Below the pieces are notes generated by a model. The model was given only the letters and a program-made list of their open reading frames with translations, searched no databases and had not been told where the DNA came from. The position numbers and the translations under genes are program-made. Shown one piece after another: positions 51,711 through 64,000 of a stretch of DNA of 64,000 bases. The DNA lies in contig OZ241828.1 of NCBI GenBank assembly GCA_965202585.1, forward strand, positions 50,654,001 to 50,718,000, written 5' to 3'. Origin of the DNA: Thalia democratica. Its lineage: Eukaryota. How positions within the stretch are numbered: the stretch's first letter is position 1; the number at the start of each line of letters is the position of its first letter.

Positions 51711-53987
51711 TTAAGTTTTATATTTATGAAATGCTTTTAGTGTTGTATATTTTTTTTCTTCATCAAAGTAGTAGCTTTTTTTTGTTAAACAAAAAAACAA
51801 ACATACTTTTAACACACTAAAGAGGTGCGAAAGAATAGAACAAACATAATCATAAAAACACTTAGAAGGCGACAAAATCAGTTTAACTGGTTTAACCACC
51901 TGGTTGCGCAGCTGAGACGAAGCCAGACTGTATATCAAAGGGTCCAGGCACTCGCTGGAACTGACGCAGAGGTACGATATTATTCCGAACCAGTAGTCCA
52001 GCATTTTGTCACTGGCTTTCGACTCGGAAATGTTGGAAATTATCGTCCACAGTAGGTAGACTACAAATGGGACGTAACCCGCGGCAAACGTGGCTATGAT
52101 GGCCGTCAGCTGCTTGTATATTCGCCTGTTTCGCTTCACCACGAAGAAGTCGTTTGAAAGGCGGAAAGCACCTTTGCACTTTGACACTGCGAACACTCTG
52201 CTTTGGCTAAGTGATTTTATTTTTCTGAAAAAGCAACAAACATTTTTTTTTGTACATTTTAGCTAAAATTAATTAATGTTTTTTATTGCTGAAAGTTAAA
52301 TTATATGTTAAACTATACGTTTCTTAAAAATGTTTTTTATTTTATTTTTTTTTAGGTTTGTAAATAAATCATCAATGTTTTATAGTATGTTATGATAATT
52401 TAATTAAGCTATAAAACATTTTTTTAACAAAAGCAGAATTTGTAAATATATGTGTAGATGCTAAGTGTTGTTTTTTTGATTAGCTATTTTCACAGTTCAT
52501 TTATGCAACTCATTGTTGTAGATCTAATTATTTTGTATAAAAAACTTCTTTTTTATCCTGCAAATTTTTACAATTGTTTCAGTTCGATTTGTACCAATTG
52601 TCAAAACAGCATTTATTATAAAAGTATACGTGCATATACAGATACAAATAAAACAGTACAGTTTTAATTATTAGTTTTATACAAACTTTTCCTGTTCGGA
52701 GAGCGCCACATAAATGAGTAAGGACAGTACTGCAATGATTACTAAAGGTACTACAAACATAATAGAGTAAGCGACCACTGCGTATAAAAAATACCCCATA
52801 ACAAAATCGTCCATTACAGAGCAAGATGGCCACGGTGATTCTGTATGAGAAAAAAATAACAAAAATATATTTTCACTTTTTTTAAGCAATCTATACTAAA
52901 CTTAATGTTAACCGTGAACAATTGTTATTGTTTTTTATTAGCAAACAAAAATAATTCGAAATCTTAAAATTTGTTGTGTTAAATATTTTTTTGCAAGTAT
53001 AGTTTAAAAAATGCTTTTTAAAAAGTAAAAATAGAGTTTTGCATATTCACCTATAAAGAAGGATAGATCAACATTAGTTATGAGTTTTAGACTAACGCTG
53101 GTCATTATGACTTCTCACACCGCAAAGTACACTCAACGGAGCACTTGCAGCTAATGACAGAGACCAGATGATAATCACATAAAAAATGATTTCTTTTCTT
53201 GAAACGTCGTTCATGGCAAAGGGTTTTCTGACTGCCAGATATCTCAGGTATGCGTACAGCATGATGTGCAGTGAAGTAGAATAGCTAGTAGTGAAGTCCA
53301 TCAACCAGTAGAATTTGCCTTAAAATCATCTTTATACCACTTAAACACGTATTAAGTTTTTGAAAAAGTATGCAGTATAAGAAAGAACTTGTGTGTATTT
53401 GTTTTAGTTGTAGCATTGAATAAAAAATATTTGTAAAAAAATTTTTTATTGAAAATAATAAACAAAAACTACCTCTTCTAGAAATTTAATAACGAAGCTT
53501 AAATACTAAATATTTTTTAATAATATAAATTTAATGCGTGCATTCCTTTTTGTTCGCAAAATTTAAACTTTAATGTTTACCAAAATTCTAAACTTATTGA
53601 AACAATCCACACTAAAAAGTATCTGCAATTTATTTATTTAATCTGTTTTAAAAGTCATACTACCTAAGTAAATTTTACAATAGCTAATCTTTACAACTAA
53701 CAAAGATAAGAACCCCACAGCCAGTTTTCGAAACCCCAAGTTCTACGGTAGAGCAACAGTGGAGAGCACAGAACGCTGGAAATCAGATCTGAGAAGCACA
53801 AGCTGCAAATGATGAGGTTCTGTTTTGTTTGCAGATCTTTACACCTCAGTATCGTTGCTATGACGAGCAAGTTGCCAAGTGCGCCAACTAGTGACAGTAG
53901 ACAAACCACCACCGTGATGCCAACTTCCTCTCGCTTCTCATGAAACAAGGTTGAGTTTTCAAAAGAAGTTGAATTACCAGAGATCAT
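51711..53987 (-). CDS. Rhodopsin-class (family A) GPCR, copy 2, 4 exons, ~391 aa
   Basis: Exons 53987-53702, 53318-53097, 52840-52687 and 52224-51711 total 1176 nt, in frame. TM motifs GN, LCFSD, C-KFYW, YLRY, IW, ECL2 Cys, VP, GYVP, DPLIY. The far C-terminus may instead be spliced at AAA|GTATGT. Confidence 0.88.
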
Positions 53988-55340
53988 TTTGAAACCTGTG
54001 TAAAGTTTCAACTTTTAAGTATCTAAATGTGTAGGCTGTTCTGATATTTTCTTAAACGCTCAAAATTAAACATCTTTACCAACTAATGATTAGAAATATA
54101 AATACCTTTGAGCTGTTAATAAAACTATTATCAAATACTTGAATAATAAAAAATCAAAGGCTACAAATTCGTGTTTGTTTAGCATAACATATTGTAAGTT
54201 GTAAATCTAAGCTTTAAATAAACATAATATAGCAGTAGAACGACATTATAAGAACATCAGTCAGCGCAAACACCGCACTATCTTACTCAAGGAAACATAT
54301 GTTACAGTGTTATGTTAGATATATATCTGACATCTTTCGATTTTTTGTCACCAATGTCTTAACTTTAACTTAACAAATTAAACTGAAACTCTGATCGATT
54401 ATAGAATTTTTTGTAACATTTTATGTACCAAAATTTTAAATAAATAGTTTGTAACAACAAAAAATTACAAAGTGTTTAAAACCTTTTAATTTTGAACATA
54501 CAGTGTTTTTAATACAAAACTGAAACTTAAAGCCGAACCATATAAAACGTACTGAGATTAATGTAAGTTACTAAATAAACTAAAACTATATAATAAATAA
54601 GAGTTATTTCTTAAACAACACTATAAAGGTATACTTGGTGAAAATGTATATTACCACTAATATTAAACATATATTATATAGGTGCACGATAATTCAAACT
54701 CTTAAAACTCAAATTCTCACATTTTGAATTATTGAGATTTATCTCATACAATAGTTTTTCAAATTCAAGTTGTTATTTGAGATATAAATAAATAACTCTT
54801 TTAACTTCTGATATAATGCATTACTTTATAAACTATGATTTTTTTAGTAAATACTTTTGTCGAAGATTTTTTACAACCATAATTTTAATTAATATATTTT
54901 TCTGGTACTTTGTTTTTTTTTTAATTTTAATTTGTATTTTGAGACACATTCCATTAATAAATTTCAAATGGACTTGAATAATGGTAATTTCAATTGTCAT
55001 GAAGCCATATTATATAATGTATTAGTAGCAACATAGCTTTTACATAACGTACACTAGCTATTTATATATTTAACGTATTTTGAATTTTGAATTTAATTAT
55101 TTAACGTATAAAGTTTATCGTAAAGCTTTAGATTTAACTACCAAACGATGTAGTTTTTCTATTTTAAAATTTAGCAAAATTTAATCAAATATCATAAAAA
55201 AAAGCTATTAAAAGTATTAAAGCATTGTTTTTATTTCGGTAAATGCTGCTAAGCAACTTCTAAACGTCATAAGTAGTCTAAAATAAAGTTTGGAAGAACA
55301 TTAATTTTTCAAACTTTATACATAATTGAAAGTAACGACT

Positions 55341-56607
55341 ATGGAGAAAAAACTTTTATTTATAGCCCTTCTATCATCTTGTTATCCACTTAACAGCTTG
55401 TATAACACATCCGCATCAGATACAGATGATGTTTATACTTCTGACGAGTACAAAATTAAGTGCTCAAAAATAACCGATTATGAAAAAAGTGTAAGAGACT
55501 TTCTAAAGCTTCAAACTGGGGTCGTGGACATCCAGCAAAAGAAATTCGTTGAAATGACCTTCACAGAAAAGTTGTTTGCCATGAACCCCTGGAAAGAGCC
55601 GGAGCCAATAAATGTATGCGACGACAGGATTCCCTGCCTGTTCGGCTTACTCTTGAAACAAAAACATGACTTCATCAACTCTCATATCCGTGACTTTGCT
55701 GCGACTTACGGGTATAAACTGAACAAGTATCACGTAATTATTATTTGGCTGTTCGCCCTTTGGGCAACTAAAATTCTCACAATGTTAGTTTTTACTGTTT
55801 ATAAAAAAAAAAGTTTGTTATGTGTTTTATTTTTGTTCGAAGCAAGTTTGTCCTATTTTACTTTTACTTTTTTTTTTGTTGTGCAAATACAAAGCTTTAA
55901 GTGGTTTTATGAAAAAATTTATCAAAGTAAAAATTTAAAACCAATAAATAAAAATAAATTATTAAAATAAACCAAATGTTTAACAAAAAACTTAAAAAAA
56001 ATCATTTGTTTTAGTTTGTTCATTTCTATGACATATGCGACTGCTCGAAGAGTTGTTAATGGATTGTATCGAGGATTAACATCTTTGATCATAACCGCTT
56101 TTTGGGTTATAAAAATTGCTATTTATAAGCTATTTGAGGACATAAAAACCCAGATCGACAAAGTTTTCAACAGCTTGAAACAACTGATGGAAACAGCTTT
56201 CCAATTGAAAAAAACTACTTTTTCAATACTTTTCAATTGTGCTTATGTCGCTTTGAAATTCATTGCAACATCTTTCATTTCGCTCATCAATGCAAATATT
56301 AGGACTGCGTTTTTAAAAGCTCCAAGAGATTTGACTAGATTAATTAGAGAGTATTTCAACTTTGGTAAAAAGGTATTAATCATTTAGTTTATAAACTTTT
56401 ATTATTCTACTTTATTTTATAAATTTTAGAATGTTTGAAAATGTTTTAACACCTTTCAAACAAATTAAATTTTTAGAATTACATTAGATGTTTTAAATAA
56501 TGATATTTCAATAAACATTTATTAACCAGGATGAAACAGTCCAAATCCAGCTTGAAAGTTCCAACGATTCAGGGATAGAAAATGTCATGAATGATAAAAC
56601 AAGATAA
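55341..56607 (+). CDS. Uncharacterised predicted signal-peptide and transmembrane protein, 3 exons, 292 aa
   Basis: Exons 55341-55783, 56015-56372 and 56530-56607 join GT-AG in frame (879 nt). N-terminus MEKKLLFIALLSSCYPLNS is signal-like, followed by hydrophobic stretches (VIIIWLFALWATKILTILFISMTY; LIITAFWVIKIAIY). No family recognised. Confidence 0.65.
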
Positions 56608-56679
56608 ATACGTCCTTTGTTTTACAAGTTTCATTGGAAAAACTTAAACACCACTGGTGTTATACATCAAGAATTGTAC

Positions 56680-57472
56680 ACTTAATAAATTGTACACTTA
56701 TTGTTATTCTTTGCTTGTGAGCAATGTTAGATATGACTTCTTGTGCTGGGGAAGAGCAGATAAAAAATGTTTAAATGATATCAATGTTCTCATAAACAGA
56801 GCACTTAGATGCATACATTTTAAGAAATATGATGGTAGTGTAAGAAAATTAAAAATTCAAAAAAATATATTAGATGTTGAAAGTCTGTATCTATATGAAT
56901 TAGGTCTATTTATGTTTAAGTTTAACAATAATTTTTTACCAAATAACTTTAATAGTTATTATAAAAGTGTAAAAAATATCCAAAATTTTCATACGAGGTC
57001 TTCGGAAACAAAGTTTTTCCTACCTAGATTCAACAGCAAAATAGGTCACAAATCGCTATCCTACCAAGGAAGTAAGTTATGGATTAAGCTACCAATATGT
57101 TTGATTAATAAGTCATTTTGGATAGTTCCAGGATGAACTTAAAAGTTATCTATTAAAAAGTGGTTAACAAGGTCATTAGTGATCATTGCTACTCGTCTAA
57201 CTACTTTTGTTTAAGGCGTTAGTAGTATTTGTTATTTAATGACCAACTTTTATATTTTTATTTTGTTTTTTTGTTCATAAATTGATTTGTTTAGTTACAA
57301 AAACAGTGGTTGAGTAAATTTATAGTAAATAGATTGCAATATTTTTTATGTGGTTATCTATCTTTCTTAAGATTATTTTTTAAGATTACTTTATTAAATT
57401 AAGTTCAGAATACCTACAAACTTTTTATTCTTTTTTGTTTATTTTTAGAACGCCAATGTAATAAAAAAAAAA
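56680..57472 (+). mobile_element. 5'-truncated non-LTR retrotransposon (CR1/L2-type ORF2 C-terminus plus 3'UTR)
   Basis: CWG..LNDINVLINRALRCI..LFMFK..LP..HTR..G.KSLSYQGSKLW..LP pattern typical of these LINE C-termini. A-rich tail at ~57460-57472. Confidence 0.75.
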
Positions 57473-58539
57473 GTTATAGATGTATATACTTTAACATAAA
57501 ATTAAGTATTTAAGAAGTAGGCTGAGATAATTGTTTCAAGCAAACTTATGTTAAAAAAATTACTTTTCTGAGGAAATCAGAAAAAAAAATTCTTCTTTTT
57601 TATGTTTACAAATATTGTCTGCCTTCTATTTTTTTACATTTTCAGACTTCGCTAAGTATGCAAAACATAAAAAAAGTATATTTTAAAATAGAAAGAAATT
57701 TGTTGTTGTTAATATTATTATTGTTTTTTTTTTCTTATTTAAAGCATAAGTTTTACAGTATTTATTTTTATAGTTTCATATATAAAAGTTAAGTTCAGTT
57801 ATGTATTCACTTCTTTAAAATTGTTAAAAAGTTATATAACAATTTATTTATTCATTCGAATGTAAAATTATATTTAGTGTTCAAGTAAAATTATTAAATG
57901 AAATAAAAATTACAATTTTAGCACAAAATACTGACAAAATTAAACGTAAAAATATTTAAGCGTATAACATTTTTAATTTCTTTAAAAAAGTTTTAACCTA
58001 TCATTCAAGTTTTCACATGTTTGCTATTAGTAGTTTGTCTCATTTTATAAGTTAATTTAAAGTTATATCTATTATATATAAGTTTTAGTTGTTATGTTAC
58101 TAAACAAGTTTTTAAGTACGTTTTTAAACACAAAATTTATTTAATTTTGTTTAGCTTTCTTTTCATTCACTTCGTTAAATTGATTGTTTTATTACTAAAA
58201 ATTTAAAAGACAAAAAACATTATGTGAAATAGCTCATAAGAAACTTTATAAGCATGTGGTGTACGACTTGATAACCGAAAGGCTCCTTTGTACTTTAGGC
58301 CCTTTGACCAAACTTTTTGAACGCATTTTTTATCGTTCAATAAACAATACTTATACTAAACAATACTTATATAGTATTTTATCAAAGCTCATCTACATTT
58401 TTCTTTTTTTTTTCAAAATACTTAAATTAAAATTTAACAAAAACAAAAAATGGTTAGGACCATCAAAAAAATCAGTCTCATTCTTAAATAAACGCTTTGA
58501 AGAGATCTTTCGTTTATTAAAAAACAAACATTTTTAATT

Positions 58540-59269
58540 CTGTAGACAACAAAAAAATATACTAGCAACTAGAGAAGATTAAATACCGTAAAATAAATAT
58601 ATTTAGCAAAATTTAAAATAAAAGTAAAAACTACCATTTTATTAAAATACTGAATTTCATACCTATACTTCAAGTTTAATGGAACACTTATATTTTAGAT
58701 TAGTCAGTAAAGTTTGATACAATTTTTTTAATTTGAGAAACTCAGATAACGACACTTTAGAAAAATACTTTTTTTTACTGTAACTAAGAAAAACTATTTC
58801 TATAAACAACAAACAATTGAAAAACATATAATACAAATATAATAAAAAACTATACAGAACAATGGTGGATTAGAAAAACTAAGGCAAAAACTAATTTAAA
58901 CAGTGTTTTTAAGGAATAGTTTTTATTAAAAAATTCAAAATATCATCAATTTTTTTTTGTTTATCAAGTACAATATTAGAAGATTTTTTTAATTGTTTGT
59001 TGTTTATAGAAATAGTTTTTCTTATTTGCAGTAAACAAAAGTAATTTGCTAAAGTGTCGTTTTCTCAGTTTCTCAAATTGAAAAAATTATATCAAACTTT
59101 ACTGACTAATCTCAAATATAAGTGTTCCATTAAATTTGAAGTATAGGTATGAAATTCAGTATTTTAATAAAATGGTAATTTTTATTTTTATTTTAAATTT
59201 TACTAAATACATTTATTTTACGGTATTTTATCTTCTATAGTTGCTAGTATATATTTTTGTTTTCTACAG
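58540..59269. mobile_element. Long inverted-repeat element (MITE/foldback, ~730 bp)
   Basis: ~285-bp arms (58536-58820 vs 58985-59273) are near-perfect reverse complements around a ~165-bp spacer. Termini CTGTAG..CTACAG are flanked by AATT on both sides. Confidence 0.85.
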
Positions 59270-62200
59270 AATTGAAAAGGTTTGTTTTTTAATAAATGAA
59301 AAATCTCTTTAAAGCGTTTGTATAAGACTGAATTTTTGATGGTCTTAACCATTTTTTGTTTATCTAAAATTCAATCCTGTCCGGCCTTTAAAATCAAAAG
59401 AGGAAGACTACCTTAATCCCATATTAATTAAATAATTAAAATTTAACATGTTTAATTAAGCTTACATTTAAGCTATTTTCAAAAACGATAGATATAAACC
59501 TGTTATTTTAATTTCTTTTACAAAAAATATTCGATTTAAATGTAATTACTCTGTAGAAAAATTTTTAAAATGTAATATATATTCAAAATTAGTAAAAATA
59601 GCTTTAAATAAACTGTCAATCAACTTTTTATTGTTATGATTATTTTAGAAAACGCTTTAAAAAGAACTCTGAATTTACTTTAAAATTTAATGGACCGGGC
59701 TTAAGTAATCCTTAAAAGAAAAACAAAAAGTGATTTCCTTTTCATATCCAAAGTTTATTTAGCAGTAAAAGAAGTTTTGAACGAAAAAAAACTTTTTGAA
59801 TATTTGGCACGGAATTTAATTTCAATAAACTAAACAGGTGACAATCAAAAAAAGCTTACCATCTAAAAGTTTAAAATATAAAAAAAAAGAACATTTTAGA
59901 TGGAATATAAAGCTCATCATAAAATTTTAATTACAAAGTATAAACAAACTAGTTCTTAAATGCTATTCCTTATGTTAAATAAAAAGCAAACTAATAATTT
60001 TCTTGCATTTACACCACAGCAATTTAAAAGCAAGTTGGTTTTGATATTTGGAAAGTCTGCAACCAAAATTTATGTTAAAACTTATAAAATTAATTTTAGT
60101 TTGATTAAAAGCGTAGAGGCTAGTTCATTACCTAATTTCATAAAATCTTAGTAAGTTTCAATTTTGCAAATAAAAAAGTTTTGAACTACTAGTTAAACTT
60201 TATGGTAGTGTTCTATTTAGTACTTTTTTATGTAGTTAAACTTACATCAAATATATCAGTGCTCACAGCACAAACCTTTATTTACTACTTATATTTTTAA
60301 CATTATCTATAGCAAATACGCTTGGTCTTTTGGTAATCCGTATTCAGTTAATATTTTAATAAGTAGTCAATAAATTTACGATATACACATTTTTGAACTA
60401 AAGAATATCCCAAAACTGTGCATAAATATAACAATAATGAATTGTTTTTAGTTATTTGCTTACTTGAAATTTTTCGCTAACAAGTTTAATTGATGGCCGG
60501 CTAATCGTACAGTTCGTTGTTATATTTTTTAATCTTTAAAAACAAGGTTTTTGACAATCAATATCAGTTGAACTTTATATTTTACTTGTAGTTTTTGCAT
60601 TTATCCTTAGAATAATTTTTTTCCGAAATTTGACTACACTATTAAATATAGTTACTTAAAAACTTAAATAACTTCAAGAAATTGGGGGCTGATAAGATGA
60701 CACAAAAAGCAAAAAATAAAGGTCCTTTATAAACAAGAAAAATATTAAAACTATAATCCTAGAAATTTTAACAAGTGGGAAGAAATAAAATTTTAATGTA
60801 TAAAGGTTTAATTAAACCAGTCAATAAAACTAACACTCTTATAATCGAAAGGTTCTTTGTGCACCAAGACCAAATACCTTGAGCGTTTTTTTTTTGTCGC
60901 TCAATAAACTAACACTGATAGACTAATGCAAAAATAAAACTTTTCTTTAAGTTATTAGCAAGTTGAAATTTAGTAACTGATTGTTTTGATTTATTGTATA
61001 TTTACTTGAGGCTATTGACATTGTTCAAAACAAAGTTAATTATAATAAAATTTATACAGTTATTGAACATAAAAAACAAGCGCTAAAAAATTTAGACTAA
61101 GGACCTGGCGAATTTTTTAAGTCTTTGCTTATTAAACATATAATAAATGTATCTAATTTTTTGTAAAAGAATATTTTAATAAGAGGCGCATTAGTTTTAT
61201 ATAAATATTTCTGTTAATCAGTCTTTTAAATAACAAAAAACGTTTAGTTCTAACTATTTTCTACTACTATATATATAGAGTATAATTATCGAAATGAAGA
61301 TTAATTAAAAAGAAAAAAAAATCAAAGGAAATTTTTATTAAAATTATAATGTTTGAAGTCGTTTTACAAGTTTTACTAAACAAAGATAAGATTAATAAAA
61401 AACATCAATATTACTTTCTAAATACGTTCAAATTCATTTTCTGAATGTTGAAAAGTTTAAAAACTTTTATTTCAGAAACAAATAACAACTTAAAAAATTA
61501 TGTGCTAAAAAGCAAACTATTGTTACTATGAAACCAGAAATTTAAGCAAAAAGTAAAATACTTATATCAGATTTTAAAAGACTCCGCAAAACTCAAAGAG
61601 TTATCAAAGTTTACAAATTTAAAAAAAATATTGACATTACAGTTAGAGGAATACATTGTAAGCATTTTTATGGTTATATGAATTTCATTAAATTTTAATT
61701 AACTCTAATATTTTTATTTATGAAGCAAGTTGTATATATTTGGTACATTATTAATACACAGATTCAAAGGTAGTCATTATAATCGAAAACTTCAGTATCT
61801 AAATAACAACAGTTTTTAAAGTCGCGATATCTAAAAAAAAGAACTATTGAAGTGAAATGTTTGATTTATCGTAGAACTGCTTTCATATTCAGGCTTAATT
61901 ATCAAGGCGAACTGAATTAAGCATAATGTAAATAGACAGAAAATAAAAATTCTTTAAATATGTTCACAACTTCAAGTAACATTAAATTGTAAATTTATAC
62001 GAGTATAGCATCATCAGAAAAGTAGTAATAAAAACACGTCGGTGAAAAAAATGTTGTCATATTAAACGTAATAATAAAAATTCAACATGATGAAAATTGC
62101 AATACAACGCAAATACTGTCAAAAAATGCACTAAAATAATGTACCGATTTTTTTTTTTGCAAAACTATACAAGATTGTTGTGTTGAGTGCTAACACAATA

Positions 62201-62495
62201 ACTTTATTGTAATTGTTATACGTTGCTAAAAAAAATTAAAATTGAACCGTATCAAACAGACGCAACCAATAATAAAAAGGCATTGAGTTATTATATATAT
62301 GAAGGCATATCATGAATGTAGATCAAAACTTTAAATTGTTGGCGTATCCAAATAGGACTAGGTACCAAAACTACTTTATCTTTAAAAGCTTTTTTTTTGA
62401 AAACTTTTAAAATCAATACATAATTTGTAAATTTGTAAAAATTCACTATTCAGTCGATTTTCAGTCACTTTTCAAGTTTTTATTCTAGTTTTCAA

Positions 62496-63788
<1,293 letters not shown>

Positions 63789-64000
63789 TTAAAACGACGC
63801 ATTGATAAGTTATAAGAAAAAAGCATGTTTGATCAAGTTTTAAATACAGAAAGGAATACATTACTCTTTATTATTGAACTATGCGTTTCTTAACCAAAAC
63901 GGGAGTCGTTCGCACAAAAAATGCGTCAATAACTTACGACGTCTATTCATAAAATCAAACAAATTTTCAAAAATCGAACGGTTTGGTTTTACAGAATATG

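Overview
This is very AT-rich eukaryotic DNA (about 25% GC in intergenic lines I counted) with small GT-AG introns, most likely from an invertebrate animal; the species cannot be determined from the sequence. The window is dominated by a direct tandem duplication: copy 1 ~7535-32410, copy 2 ~32411-53460. Each copy carries a Pim-like kinase with a long Q/N-rich N-terminus (+), an ARF-like GTPase (-), an intronless bacterial-type flavin monooxygenase (Tmm/mFMO-like, +) and a rhodopsin-class GPCR (-). The right breakpoint lies in GPCR intron 1 and the left one probably in a 5'UTR intron of the kinase. The two genes flanking the junction (GPCR copy 1, kinase copy 2) carry disabling lesions. The internal ARF and FMO pairs are intact, and the FMO pair has diverged at a cluster of residues. 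Right of the duplication are a 3-exon orphan membrane-protein gene and the 3' end of a Src/Frk-family kinase. Mobile elements include hAT elements with TSDs, a Tc1/mariner-type MITE, foldback/MITE inverted repeats, a LINE 3' fragment, SINE-like fragments and a decayed Penelope-like element. The Penelope 3' region holds a minimal type I hammerhead ribozyme fold with a G3:C8 core swap. All alignments, exon models and counts were done by hand and need computational confirmation.
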